Source: OCS116 cluster bacterium AG-430-B22
Lineage (GTDB): Bacteria; Pseudomonadota; Alphaproteobacteria; MED-G09
NCBI GenBank assembly: GCA_003209955.1
Contig: QCOD01000001.1
Coordinates: forward strand, 33,330-97,329
Direction: 5' to 3'
Length of the DNA stretch: 64,000 nt
Shown: positions 1 through 9,266 of the stretch, in pieces
Layout: the number at the start of each line of letters is the position of its first letter
Numbering within the stretch: position 1 is the first letter of the stretch
The notes under the pieces: generated by a model
Told to the model about the DNA's origin: nothing
Databases searched by the model: none
What the model saw: the letters and a program-made list of their open reading frames with translations, nothing else
Translations under genes and position numbers: made by a program

Positions 1-1437
1 ACTCAAGATTTTCCCAAACATCAATTTGCCTGGAAAGTTTTAGGAGCAATATTAGGAGCAACAGGAAGAAATTCCGAAGCCGTAGATGCTATTCGGACAG
101 CAATTGAATTATCCCCTACAGACGTTGCTGCCCATAATAACTTGGGCATCACGCTGAAAGGACTAGGAAGATTGGATGAGGCTGAAGCAAGCTGCAAACG
201 GGCGATAGCTTTAAATCCTAACTTGGCGGAAGTCCATAGCAACTTAGGCAACATACTCAAAGAATTAGACAGATTAGACGAAGCTCTAGCAAGCTATAAC
301 CAAGCGATAGCGCTGAAACCTGACTATGCCGAAGCCCATAGTAACCTCGGTAATGTTTTAAAGGCTAAAGGTAAACTAAAGGATGCAGAAAAGCGCTACC
401 TAAAAGCTATATCCATAAAGCCTGATTATGCTGAAGCTTATTATAATTTAGGTAATATACTTAAAGAGTTAGGTAGATTAGAAAATGCAACTAATGCTTA
501 CAAAAAAGCAATTGAACTTAAATCAGACTATGTCGATGCAAGAATTAATCTTGACAAAGTAATGCAGGGCATTGTGCCAACGTGGCATATAAGCATGATG
601 AATGATGAACTAAGAAATAGCACATTTTCAGATGCAATTAAAATAGCTGTTGATAAAGACTCTTTAGTATTTGAAATTGGTACAGGATCAGGTTTACTAT
701 CAATGATGGCTATTGAGAGTGGAGCAAAAAAAGTTGTCACTTGTGAGTCAATAAAAACAATTTCTGATAATGCAAAAAAAATTATTCATAAAAATGGATA
801 TCAAAAAAAAATAGATGTAATAAATAAGAAATCAACCGAAGTAAAAATTGGTGAAGATATTCCCCATAAGGCAGACTTGCTGATTGCAGAAATTTTATCC
901 TCTGAATTTGTTGGTGAGGGAGTGATAGAAAGTATGTCAGATGCAAATAAAAGATTGCTAAAGAAAAATGGAAGAGTAATACCTCAATCTGGTTGTATAA
1001 AGATTGCTTTGCTTGGCGATACTGAAGAAATAAAAAAATCAACATATATTGATAAATCTGATGGTTTTGACTTATCTCTTTTTAATTCAATTACTCAAAG
1101 AAAATTTTCTCTTAAGCTTAAGGAAAAACCAAAAATTTTAAGTGATGATGAAGATACATTTACAATTAATCTTAAAAATATAGATAATTATTCTAACGAA
1201 GAGAAAGTTTTTAGATTACAAGCAAATCAAGACGGTTTATGTCTTGGATTAATACAATGGATGAAAATAAAGCTTTACGAAGATATTGAGTATGAAAATA
1301 TTCCATACAATGTGCAATCACATTGGAGTACTCCCGTTTATGTATTTGACGAGCCTATTGAATTGAAGAAGGGGCAATTTTTGGATATTAAAGGGTTTCT
1401 AGCTAAGGATAGTGTGTGGTTTAATCATGAAAGTTAG
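1..1437 (+). CDS. TPR-repeat protein fused to PRMT-like (protein arginine methyltransferase-type) SAM-dependent domain; 5' truncated by window edge
   Basis: Frame +1 is open from base 1 (TQDFPKHQFAWKVLGA...). About five 34-aa TPRs (AEAHSNLGNVL...A..I.I.P), then VFEIGTGSGLLSM (motif I), AEILSSEFVGE (double-E loop), LLKKNGRVIP and SHW. Confidence 0.85.
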   Translation, partial: TQDFPKHQFAWKVLGAILGATGRNSEAVDAIRTAIELSPTDVAAHNNLGITLKGLGRLDEAEASCKRAIALNPNLAEVHSNLGNILKELDRLDEALASYNQAIALKPDYAEAHSNLGNVLKAKGKLKDAEKRYLKAISIKPDYAEAYYNLGNILKELGRLENATNAYKKAIELKSDYVDARINLDKVMQGIVPTWHISMMNDELRNSTFSDAIKIAVDKDSLVFEIGTGSGLLSMMAIESGAKKVVTCESIKTISDNAKKIIHKNGYQKKIDVINKKSTEVKIGEDIPHKADLLIAEILSSEFVGEGVIESMSDANKRLLKKNGRVIPQSGCIKIALLGDTEEIKKSTYIDKSDGFDLSLFNSITQRKFSLKLKEKPKILSDDEDTFTINLKNIDNYSNEEKVFRLQANQDGLCLGLIQWMKIKLYEDIEYENIPYNVQSHWSTPVYVFDEPIELKKGQFLDIKGFLAKDSVWFNHES

Positions 1438-1576
1438 AAGCTTGTTAATATAAAGTTATCCAAAGAAGAATTATGATGAAAATTGATAGAAATTTAATGA
1501 GAAATCTAATAAATACTTACTGCATACTTGAAAAAAGTCCTTGTCAATTATTGAATAATAATAGTTTTTTTGTCGT

Positions 1577-2206
1577 GTGCTATTGAGTGGGAATAAAAAA
1601 TTGTCAAAAAAAATTATAAGAATTTCTGAAAGTCAAATACCTGAAAGACTTAGAGGTAGTCGATCTAAAATATTGAGAAAAATTGCTAGATTTGGAATAA
1701 ATATATCTGGCTGGACTATAAAGGGAAAGGTTCCTGATGAAGAAAGAATAGTGATAATTGCTGCTCCTCATACATCAAATTGGGATTTTATTTTGGCTAT
1801 GTTAGCAATCTTTGGATTGAATATTAAGGTACGATGGCTTGGAAAACATTCAATATTTAAACCTGGTTTTAAATTTTTTTTTGAGTGGCTTGGCGGCATT
1901 CCTGTTTATAGGAATAATCCGTCATCATTAATCAAGAATGTTGTAAATATAGTTAAAAAAGAAAGAAGTATTGTTATTGCTATGACCCCCGAGGGCACTA
2001 GAAAGAAAGTAAAGAGGTGGAAAACAGGTTTTTTGAGAATAGCTAAACAAACACATTCAAAAATTTTATTAATTTCTATTGATGCACCAACCAAAAGTAT
2101 AAAAATAGGAAAGATCTTTAACCCTACGGGCAATAGTGAAGAAGATTTAGCTCACATTCAAAAATATTACAGTACCTTTAGAGGTATAAATCCTCAAAAA
2201 TCATAA
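1577..2206 (+). CDS. 1-acyl-sn-glycerol-3-phosphate acyltransferase family (PlsC-like)
   Basis: APHTSNWD (HX4D) and PEGTR motifs; real start may be TTG at 1601. Confidence 0.85.
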   Translation: MLLSGNKKLSKKIIRISESQIPERLRGSRSKILRKIARFGINISGWTIKGKVPDEERIVIIAAPHTSNWDFILAMLAIFGLNIKVRWLGKHSIFKPGFKFFFEWLGGIPVYRNNPSSLIKNVVNIVKKERSIVIAMTPEGTRKKVKRWKTGFLRIAKQTHSKILLISIDAPTKSIKIGKIFNPTGNSEEDLAHIQKYYSTFRGINPQKS

Positions 2207-2225
2207 TTAAAAACTTATTAATTCT

Positions 2226-3857
2226 CTAGTTTTCTTTCGATAAGAATGATTTTCCATTAATATGATCAGATATTTTTTCAGCTATCATAATTGTTGGTGC
2301 ATTTGTGTTTCCAGCAATCAAGCTAGGCATTAATGATGCATCAACAACTCTTAAAGACTCAATTCCGTGAACCTGACCATGTTCATTAGTTACGGCAAGT
2401 TCATCTATGCCCATTTTACAGGTTCCAACTGGATGATAGAGTGTTTCGCCAGTTTCTCTTATCCAATTATCTAATTCATCATCATCATTTATATCTGTGT
2501 TTGATCCTGGTTTAAGTTCTTCACCCCTATATTCATCAAAAACAGGTTGCATAAAGACTCTACGGGCCTCTCTAAGTCCATTTCTAGTATCAATAAGGTC
2601 TTGTTCTACAGAAAAATAATTTGGATACATTAGTGGAGCATCATTTGGATCGGAACTCTTAAGTGTTATATTTCCTCTACTTTGAGGTCTGCATAAATAA
2701 ACAAGGTTAGAAAAACCATGTTCCAGAGGGACGCCCTCTCTACCATGAACATCTTGCATTGCAATTGATACATAATGTATTTGAATATCAGGTATTTCTT
2801 TTTCAGGTTGCGATTTTATAAAAGCACCACCAACGCAGGGTGGATTTGCGGCATCACCAGTCCCTGTTATTAAATATTTCGCTCCAGCCAGCATTGTACT
2901 AAAAAAACCTGCCGATCTATGAAGAGTTACTGGTTGTGTACAAGCAAATTGACTAACTACAGCAAAATGATCCTGTAAATTTTTTCCAACACCTTTGAGC
3001 TCGTGATTAACTTGAATACCATGTTTTTTAATTTCTTCAGAATCTCCAATTCCACTTCTCATTAATATTTGTGGAGAATTTACTGCGCCTGAGGATAAAA
3101 TTACCTCTCTATTACAGCCACTGACCTTCTTTTTACCTTTTTCAAAATATTCAACTCCAATTGCCTTTTTATTTTTGAATACCACCTTGTCCACTGTAAT
3201 ATTTGTTTTGGTATGTAAGTTTTTTCTATTTAACGCAGGATAAAGATAGGCTCTTGCTGAACTAAATCTTTTAGATCCCTTTATAGTATGCTCATATCGA
3301 GAAAAACCCTCTTGCTGTTTTCCATTAAAATCATTTGTTAAAGGGAAACCTGCTTGTTTGCCGGCTTCAACAAACTTATCCAAAAGAATATCATCTTCTC
3401 TTGTTGATTTTTTTACATTTAACGGACCACCTTGCCCGTGAAATTCTTCATCACCATCACCTTCATAGTTTTCAGCTCTTTTAAAGTAGGGTAATACATC
3501 ATCATAAGACCAACCAGGATTACCAAGCTGTCTCCAATGATCATAATCCGAGGAATGTCCTCGCGTATAAATCATCGCATTAATTGATGATGATCCACCC
3601 CACCCCCTTCCTCTGGGCCAATATAATTTTCTTCCAACTGTATTACTTTCTGGTTCAGTTTCGAAACCATAATTTTGCTTGTTTTCTCTAGGAACAATTT
3701 GTGAATAGCCTGAGGGCATATGAATAAATAAGTTTGTATCCTTTCCTCCTGCCTCAATAAGAAGAACAGAGTTTCTATCGTTATCAGACAATTTATTGGC
3801 TAATACGCAACCCGCACTTCCAGCGCCTACAATTATGTAGTCAAAATTTTCTTCCAT
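2226..3857 (-). CDS. GMC oxidoreductase (choline dehydrogenase-like)
   Basis: DYIIVGAGSAGCVLA FAD motif, GGSSSINAMIY, YHPVGTCKMG, LRVVDAS, GNTNAPTIMIAEK. Substrate uncertain. Confidence 0.92.
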   Translation of the reverse strand: MEENFDYIIVGAGSAGCVLANKLSDNDRNSVLLIEAGGKDTNLFIHMPSGYSQIVPRENKQNYGFETEPESNTVGRKLYWPRGRGWGGSSSINAMIYTRGHSSDYDHWRQLGNPGWSYDDVLPYFKRAENYEGDGDEEFHGQGGPLNVKKSTREDDILLDKFVEAGKQAGFPLTNDFNGKQQEGFSRYEHTIKGSKRFSSARAYLYPALNRKNLHTKTNITVDKVVFKNKKAIGVEYFEKGKKKVSGCNREVILSSGAVNSPQILMRSGIGDSEEIKKHGIQVNHELKGVGKNLQDHFAVVSQFACTQPVTLHRSAGFFSTMLAGAKYLITGTGDAANPPCVGGAFIKSQPEKEIPDIQIHYVSIAMQDVHGREGVPLEHGFSNLVYLCRPQSRGNITLKSSDPNDAPLMYPNYFSVEQDLIDTRNGLREARRVFMQPVFDEYRGEELKPGSNTDINDDDELDNWIRETGETLYHPVGTCKMGIDELAVTNEHGQVHGIESLRVVDASLMPSLIAGNTNAPTIMIAEKISDHINGKSFLSKEN

Positions 3858-3974
3858 TTTTATCCCATTAAAAACTAATGAAATATTATCATGAACTACC
3901 TTTTAATATTTTTCAATAATCAATATATGTGGAATAATTTGCATCTAACTAAAAAAAATTATTAAATAAATATT

Positions 3975-4460
3975 ATGAAAAAGCTTTTAATTATTTTCGC
4001 TATCTCTCTTTATCCTTTAACCTCAGAATCATCTGGCAATCTTGCAAAATATCCTCCAGAAGAAATAGATATCACTATAACAACTTTAAATGATGGATAT
4101 CCTAAAATTGCTCCAGAACAAATTAAACTTATAACTGGTAAATACTATCGTCTAAATATTAACTGTCCTGATGTTAGAGATGATTTAACAGGCTGGCGTA
4201 TAGAAATGTTAGAACTTTTACATAATTCTCATCTTAGATTAGTAACTGTTGGTGATATTGAAATCCATCTTCAGGGTTTAAGCTTTAACGCAATTGAATG
4301 TGACGAAATAGGCTCTGCACATGTTAGCCTTGTTCCAATTAAACCAGGCTCTTATCAACTTTATGTTGGAAATGTTCCTAGTGCAGTAGGCAGACCTATT
4401 GGTGAATCAGGAATACAAGATGATGGAAAATATGTATTTGGTAGTTTTGTTGTTCGTTAA
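3975..4460 (+). CDS. Secreted cupredoxin-like hypothetical protein
   Basis: N-terminal signal peptide; beta-rich pattern L.TGKYYRL...VPIKPGSYQLY recalls cupredoxin-fold proteins of PQQ-dehydrogenase loci (from recall, unverified). Confidence 0.55.
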   Translation: MKKLLIIFAISLYPLTSESSGNLAKYPPEEIDITITTLNDGYPKIAPEQIKLITGKYYRLNINCPDVRDDLTGWRIEMLELLHNSHLRLVTVGDIEIHLQGLSFNAIECDEIGSAHVSLVPIKPGSYQLYVGNVPSAVGRPIGESGIQDDGKYVFGSFVVR

Positions 4461-4471
4461 CTAGTTAAAAA

Positions 4472-5260
4472 ATGTATAAATTAAAAATATTTTCATATAT
4501 TCCTAATCCACGTGTCTGGAAAGCTATTATTGCAGGAAAAATCTGTGGAGTAGAAGTTGAAGTTATAGGTGATAAACCATCTAACCTTGGTTCATGGCTT
4601 TGGGATTTTAACCCTAAGGTTTTGAATGAAAAAGAAAAGAATCCCGATCATAAATATGCTAGGAAAGGCAAAAGAGGTTTTTCAGGAGTTTTATATAAAA
4701 CAGATTCATTTTTGAAGGCTCATCCTTTTGGAACAGTACCGGCTGCATTTAGTCCTGATGGAGATATTGGTATATTCGAGTCTAATAGCATATTAAGAGC
4801 TGTTGCAAGGGTAGGCAAAGAGTTTAATTTATATGGCGAAAATGAATATCAAGCTTCAAGAATTGATAGTTTCCTTGATGCAAATCTAGTTTTTGCAAGA
4901 GAAGCTCAAGTTTATATGTTGGATTATACAAATGTAAGCAAAGAAGGATATGAAAGAGTTTCTGCGGCTTATGAATTTTACTTATCTGGAATTGAGCAAG
5001 CTTTGAATGAGAGTCCTTTCATATCTGGTGAAAATTTGAGTATCGCAGATATATCTTTTGTTTGTGATGTTGCTCAATTTTTAAGAGAAGGGCATTATGA
5101 GGATGTTTTAAAGGATAGAGGCTTTGATTTAGTAGCTAATAATTTCAAAGATGAATATCCAAAAACATTTACACATTTATTCTCTTTAGCTAAAAGAGAT
5201 GAGTTTTCCTTAGTTCTAGGAACATATCTTGATTGGTATAAAGATAAATTAGATATTTGA
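4472..5260 (+). CDS. Glutathione S-transferase family protein (eEF1B-gamma-like)
   Basis: PFGTVPA...IFESNSIL N-domain motifs and FISGENLSIADI C-domain motif. Confidence 0.8.
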   Translation: MYKLKIFSYIPNPRVWKAIIAGKICGVEVEVIGDKPSNLGSWLWDFNPKVLNEKEKNPDHKYARKGKRGFSGVLYKTDSFLKAHPFGTVPAAFSPDGDIGIFESNSILRAVARVGKEFNLYGENEYQASRIDSFLDANLVFAREAQVYMLDYTNVSKEGYERVSAAYEFYLSGIEQALNESPFISGENLSIADISFVCDVAQFLREGHYEDVLKDRGFDLVANNFKDEYPKTFTHLFSLAKRDEFSLVLGTYLDWYKDKLDI

Positions 5261-5278
5261 ACTTTTGTTGATTGAAAA

Positions 5279-5926
5279 ATGAAATTTATAATTTTTGACT
5301 TAGATGACACCTTATTATGCGGGGATTGCGAAGCAGGGTGGATAAATTTTCTTATTGCTAAAGGGTTATTAAATGGCGATGAGCACTCATCAAAACTTAA
5401 TCAATTTGATATTGATTACAGGAAGGGTATTCTTAATTTTGATGAATACTCAAGCTATATTCAGGCACCTCTCAAAAATTTAGATGTCAGTACAGTAGAA
5501 AAGTTAGTGGATGAATTTATTAAAAATAATATTGATGATTTAACAGATGACCTAACTACTGACCTTTTAAAAGAGGCAAAATCCGCAGATAAAGTTCTCA
5601 TTGCATCGGGATCACATAATTTTCTTGTAAAAGGTTTTGCTGAATATTTTGGAATAGAATTTAGTATTGGGACACCAGTTGAAATAAAAGATGATATCTT
5701 TACAGGCAGCTTATTGGGTGAACCAACATTTAGTGAAGGAAAAGTTAAGGCTGTTAAGAATTGGTGTTCTGAAAATAATTTAAAAATTGAAGATTCAATT
5801 TTTTATTCAGACTCAATAAATGATCTTCCAATGTTTGAAGCTTGTGGCGATCCAATAGTTGTAAATCCTGACGATAATTTAAGAAAGATTGCTATAGATA
5901 GGTCATATAAGATTTTAAGTAGATGA
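5279..5926 (+). CDS. HAD-IB family phosphatase (SerB/HisN-like)
   Basis: FDLDDTL motif I, ASGS motif II, GK and YSDSINDLP motif IV. Confidence 0.9.
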   Translation: MKFIIFDLDDTLLCGDCEAGWINFLIAKGLLNGDEHSSKLNQFDIDYRKGILNFDEYSSYIQAPLKNLDVSTVEKLVDEFIKNNIDDLTDDLTTDLLKEAKSADKVLIASGSHNFLVKGFAEYFGIEFSIGTPVEIKDDIFTGSLLGEPTFSEGKVKAVKNWCSENNLKIEDSIFYSDSINDLPMFEACGDPIVVNPDDNLRKIAIDRSYKILSR

Positions 5927-5968
5927 TTTATTTAAAAAATCTAATTTAATAAAACTATAAATAAAATA

Positions 5969-6175
5969 ATGAAGAAATTTTCTGAAAGTGAAAAAAGTGA
6001 AATTATTGAATTGGCCTTATCTGACCATGCTAGTTTTAATAACATTAGATCAATTTATGGGATTGGAGAAAAAGATGTTAAGAAGCTAATGAGAGAAAAC
6101 TTAAAATCTCGTTCATATAAATCATGGAGAAAAAGAGTTAGAGAATTTTCTGATAGAAGAGAAAAATATAAATAA
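5969..6175 (+). CDS. Small basic protein, TIGR03643/DUF2805-like
   Basis: IIELALSD...F..I...YGIGEKDVKKLMRENLK..SY..WRKRV pattern. Confidence 0.7.
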   Translation: MKKFSESEKSEIIELALSDHASFNNIRSIYGIGEKDVKKLMRENLKSRSYKSWRKRVREFSDRREKYK

Positions 6176-6278
6176 TTATATGACTTTAATAATTCTTATT
6201 CAAACCAGTTTTAATATATTTTCTTGATACATTTTTAACCAAATGATATTTTGTTAAAAAAATTAATTGGAGAGCCCT

Positions 6279-8006
6279 ATGTATGACTTAATTATTAGAA
6301 ACGGTACTATTATTGATGGCACAGGAAATGATCGATATGTTGCTGATATTGCTATAAAAGATGAAAAAATTTCAGCAATAGGTGAAATTCAAGGATCTGC
6401 CAATAAGGAGATTGATGCTAAAGGTAAGTTAGTGACTCCTGGATGGGTTGATGTTCATACACATTATGATGGCCAAGCTACATGGGATCCAGTTTTAGCA
6501 CCATCAAGTTGGCATGGTGTGACAACAGTAGTTATGGGTAACTGCGGTGTAGGTTTTGCACCTGTTAAACCAAAGGATAGGGATTTCCTTATTGAGTTAA
6601 TGGAGGGAGTTGAAGATATTCCAGGCGCTGCTCTATCTGAAGGTATTGATTGGCAATGGGAGAGTTTTCCTGAATATCTTGATGCGTTAGAGTCTTTTCC
6701 TAGAGCAATTGATGTTGCGACCCAGGTCCCCCATGGAGCAATACGTGCTTATGTAATGGGAGAGCGTTGTAATTCAGATTATGCTCCCACAAAAGATGAA
6801 GTAGATCAAATGGCTGAGTTAGTTAGAGAGGGTGTAGAGGCTGGAGCATTAGGTTTTTCTAGTTCTAAAACCTTATTACACAAAGACATTCATGGAGAAT
6901 ATATGCCAGGAACTTTTTCTGGAAATGAGGAAATGTTAGCACTTGGCTTAGGGATGAAGGGTCTAAATAACTCCGTTTTTGAATTAGTATCAGATCATTT
7001 AGGGGAAGATGAAGAATGGGAATGGGTAAAGGATTTTCAGAAGCAGACAGGTTTGACTGTAACTTTAATTGCAACGACTGCCCCTGCTTACAAAAACAAT
7101 AAGATGTATAATCTTGCAGAGCAAGCACGCCTTGAAGGTCATGAAATTAGACCGCAAGCTGCCGGAAGACCTACTGGTGTTTTACATGGTCTTCAGTCAA
7201 GTTTTCATGCATTTGTTGGACATCCAACTTGGAAAAATGAACTTGCATCCCTTGATCATGATGAATTACTAGCTAGATTACGTGATCCAGCGACAAAAAA
7301 GAAAATTCTTGCTGAAGAAACTACTATCAAAAATGAATTATTGCAGGATCTACCATCTTTAATGGGTCAGGTTTTTCCACTTGGTGAAAAACCAAATTAT
7401 GAACCAGAGTTCAAAGATAGTGTAGCTGGTATTGCTCTAGAGCGTGATTTAGATGTTATGGAGGTAATGTATGATCTTCTTGTTCAAGGAGAAGGCAAAG
7501 AACTTTTCTATCAACCCTTAGGTGGATATCATACATATGATTTAGAGCCTCACAAAAAATTATTGGAACATCCAAATGTATTGTTTGGGCTAAGTGACGG
7601 AGGAGCTCATTGTGGAGTGATTGCAGATGCTGGTATGCCTACATTTATAATGACACACTGGGGTCGAGATAGAACTCGTGGCGATAAATTATCTTTAGAG
7701 TTTATTGTAAAGTCTCTTACATCAAGTACTGCAGAAGCATTTGGTATGTTTGATAGAGGTTATATCAAAGAAGGAAAAATTGCTGATATCAATATCATCG
7801 ATTTTGATTCAATGAGACTGCATAGACCCGAAGCAATATTTGATTTACCTGCAGGTGGAAGAAGGTTAGTTCAAAAACCTGAAGGTTATGAAATAACCGT
7901 TAAAGCTGGCGAAGTTATCTTTGATAATGGCGTTCATACAGGAGCGCTTCCAGGAAAACTAGTACGTAGAAGTAATGAAAAAAGAGAAATGGCTGTTAAT
8001 AGCTAA
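6279..8006 (+). CDS. N-acyl-D-amino-acid deacylase family amidohydrolase
   Basis: PGWVDVHTHYD, HGVTTVVMGNCG, SDGGAH; ATG 6279 follows GGAG at 6269-6272. Confidence 0.9.
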   Translation: MYDLIIRNGTIIDGTGNDRYVADIAIKDEKISAIGEIQGSANKEIDAKGKLVTPGWVDVHTHYDGQATWDPVLAPSSWHGVTTVVMGNCGVGFAPVKPKDRDFLIELMEGVEDIPGAALSEGIDWQWESFPEYLDALESFPRAIDVATQVPHGAIRAYVMGERCNSDYAPTKDEVDQMAELVREGVEAGALGFSSSKTLLHKDIHGEYMPGTFSGNEEMLALGLGMKGLNNSVFELVSDHLGEDEEWEWVKDFQKQTGLTVTLIATTAPAYKNNKMYNLAEQARLEGHEIRPQAAGRPTGVLHGLQSSFHAFVGHPTWKNELASLDHDELLARLRDPATKKKILAEETTIKNELLQDLPSLMGQVFPLGEKPNYEPEFKDSVAGIALERDLDVMEVMYDLLVQGEGKELFYQPLGGYHTYDLEPHKKLLEHPNVLFGLSDGGAHCGVIADAGMPTFIMTHWGRDRTRGDKLSLEFIVKSLTSSTAEAFGMFDRGYIKEGKIADINIIDFDSMRLHRPEAIFDLPAGGRRLVQKPEGYEITVKAGEVIFDNGVHTGALPGKLVRRSNEKREMAVNS

Positions 8007-8011
8007 TTTTC

Positions 8012-8809
8012 ATGAGAGACTTTAAAGGTAAGATTATTGCTATTACGGGTGGGGCTACCGGAATTGGTTTTGCTCTTGCCAAAGCTTTCGGATCTGAGGG
8101 AGCTAAAATAGTTATTGGGGAAACTAGAGAAGAAAAACTTCAAGAAGCTATAGATAAATTCAAAAGCCTTAATATTGATGCAGATAAAACTCATTTAGAT
8201 GTTACCGATCTGAAAAGTGTTGAAAGCTTTGCTGACTTTACCTGCGAGCGTTATGGGCAAGTAGATATGTTGATTAACAATGCAGGGATTTCTGGTGCTC
8301 GAGGAAGGATTGATAAAGTAGATATTGAAGAAGCTAAAAAAGTTTTTGATGTTAATTTTTTCGGAGTATGGAATGGTTGCTCCGTTTTTAGTAAAAAAAT
8401 GATTGAGCAAGGAACAGAAGCAGAAATTTATAACTTAGGTTCTGAAAATTCATTGTTTGTTGCAGTACCTAATTCAGTCGCATATGTTGCTTCTAAACAC
8501 GCAGTTCTTGGGTTAAGTGAGAGCCTAAGGAATGATCTTCCAGATTTTATTCACATTGGGACAATTATTCCAGGTTATGTAGATACACCTCTAACAGGGC
8601 AAATAGAGGGTGGGATGAATGCTGATAAATTTGCTGAAATAATCAAGGAACAGATTAAAAATAAAGAACATATAATTGTTTCTCATGCTTACAATGTTGT
8701 ACACATTGAAAAGCGCAATAACGAGATAGCTTTTGCTTATGAAAAATATGCTCCGCGATATGATGGTGATGACGAGTATGATGTTAAGACAATTCTTTCT
8801 AGTTTATAA
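8012..8809 (+). CDS. Short-chain dehydrogenase/reductase
   Basis: TGGATGIG, NNAG, YVASK. Confidence 0.92.
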   Translation: MRDFKGKIIAITGGATGIGFALAKAFGSEGAKIVIGETREEKLQEAIDKFKSLNIDADKTHLDVTDLKSVESFADFTCERYGQVDMLINNAGISGARGRIDKVDIEEAKKVFDVNFFGVWNGCSVFSKKMIEQGTEAEIYNLGSENSLFVAVPNSVAYVASKHAVLGLSESLRNDLPDFIHIGTIIPGYVDTPLTGQIEGGMNADKFAEIIKEQIKNKEHIIVSHAYNVVHIEKRNNEIAFAYEKYAPRYDGDDEYDVKTILSSL

Positions 8810-8811
8810 GA

Positions 8812-9237
8812 ATGAATTTTTTATCTAATATTTTAATTGCCCTCAAACTCCCTGCAGGTATTTGGAAGAATTTTGTTTTGTTTGGTCTATCTGTTTTTTT
8901 TATCTATTTTGGTATAGATCACTTCATTAATCCAGATTTTTATTTATCTATTATGCCTCCATCATTTCCATTACATGAAGAGGCAGTATATATAAGTGGT
9001 TTTTTTGAAATAGTTGGTGGTATAGGTGTTTTAATTCCTCGCTTTCGTAAAATAGCAGGATGGGGTTTAGTTGCTCTTTTAATTGCTGTTTATCCAGCTA
9101 ATATTTATATGGCCATAACTCCAGAAGCATTTCCAGATATTCCAGTTGAAATGCTTTATTTTCGTCTTGTATTACAATTTTTATTTTTCTATTGGGCTTA
9201 TTCAGTAACACGTCCGGTATTTAATTTAGTAAGTTAA
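8812..9237 (+). CDS. DoxX-like membrane protein
   Basis: GIDHF..P...IMPP, SGFFEIVGG, AVYPANIYMA; four hydrophobic segments. Confidence 0.75.
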   Translation: MNFLSNILIALKLPAGIWKNFVLFGLSVFFIYFGIDHFINPDFYLSIMPPSFPLHEEAVYISGFFEIVGGIGVLIPRFRKIAGWGLVALLIAVYPANIYMAITPEAFPDIPVEMLYFRLVLQFLFFYWAYSVTRPVFNLVS

Positions 9238-9266
9238 ACTTATAAACAATTATAAAGAGATAAAAT

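Noticed and set aside
1473..1586. 37-codon ORF MMKIDRNL... in the intergenic region
   Set aside because: No clear RBS, no recognisable motif, and it overlaps the next gene's start region.
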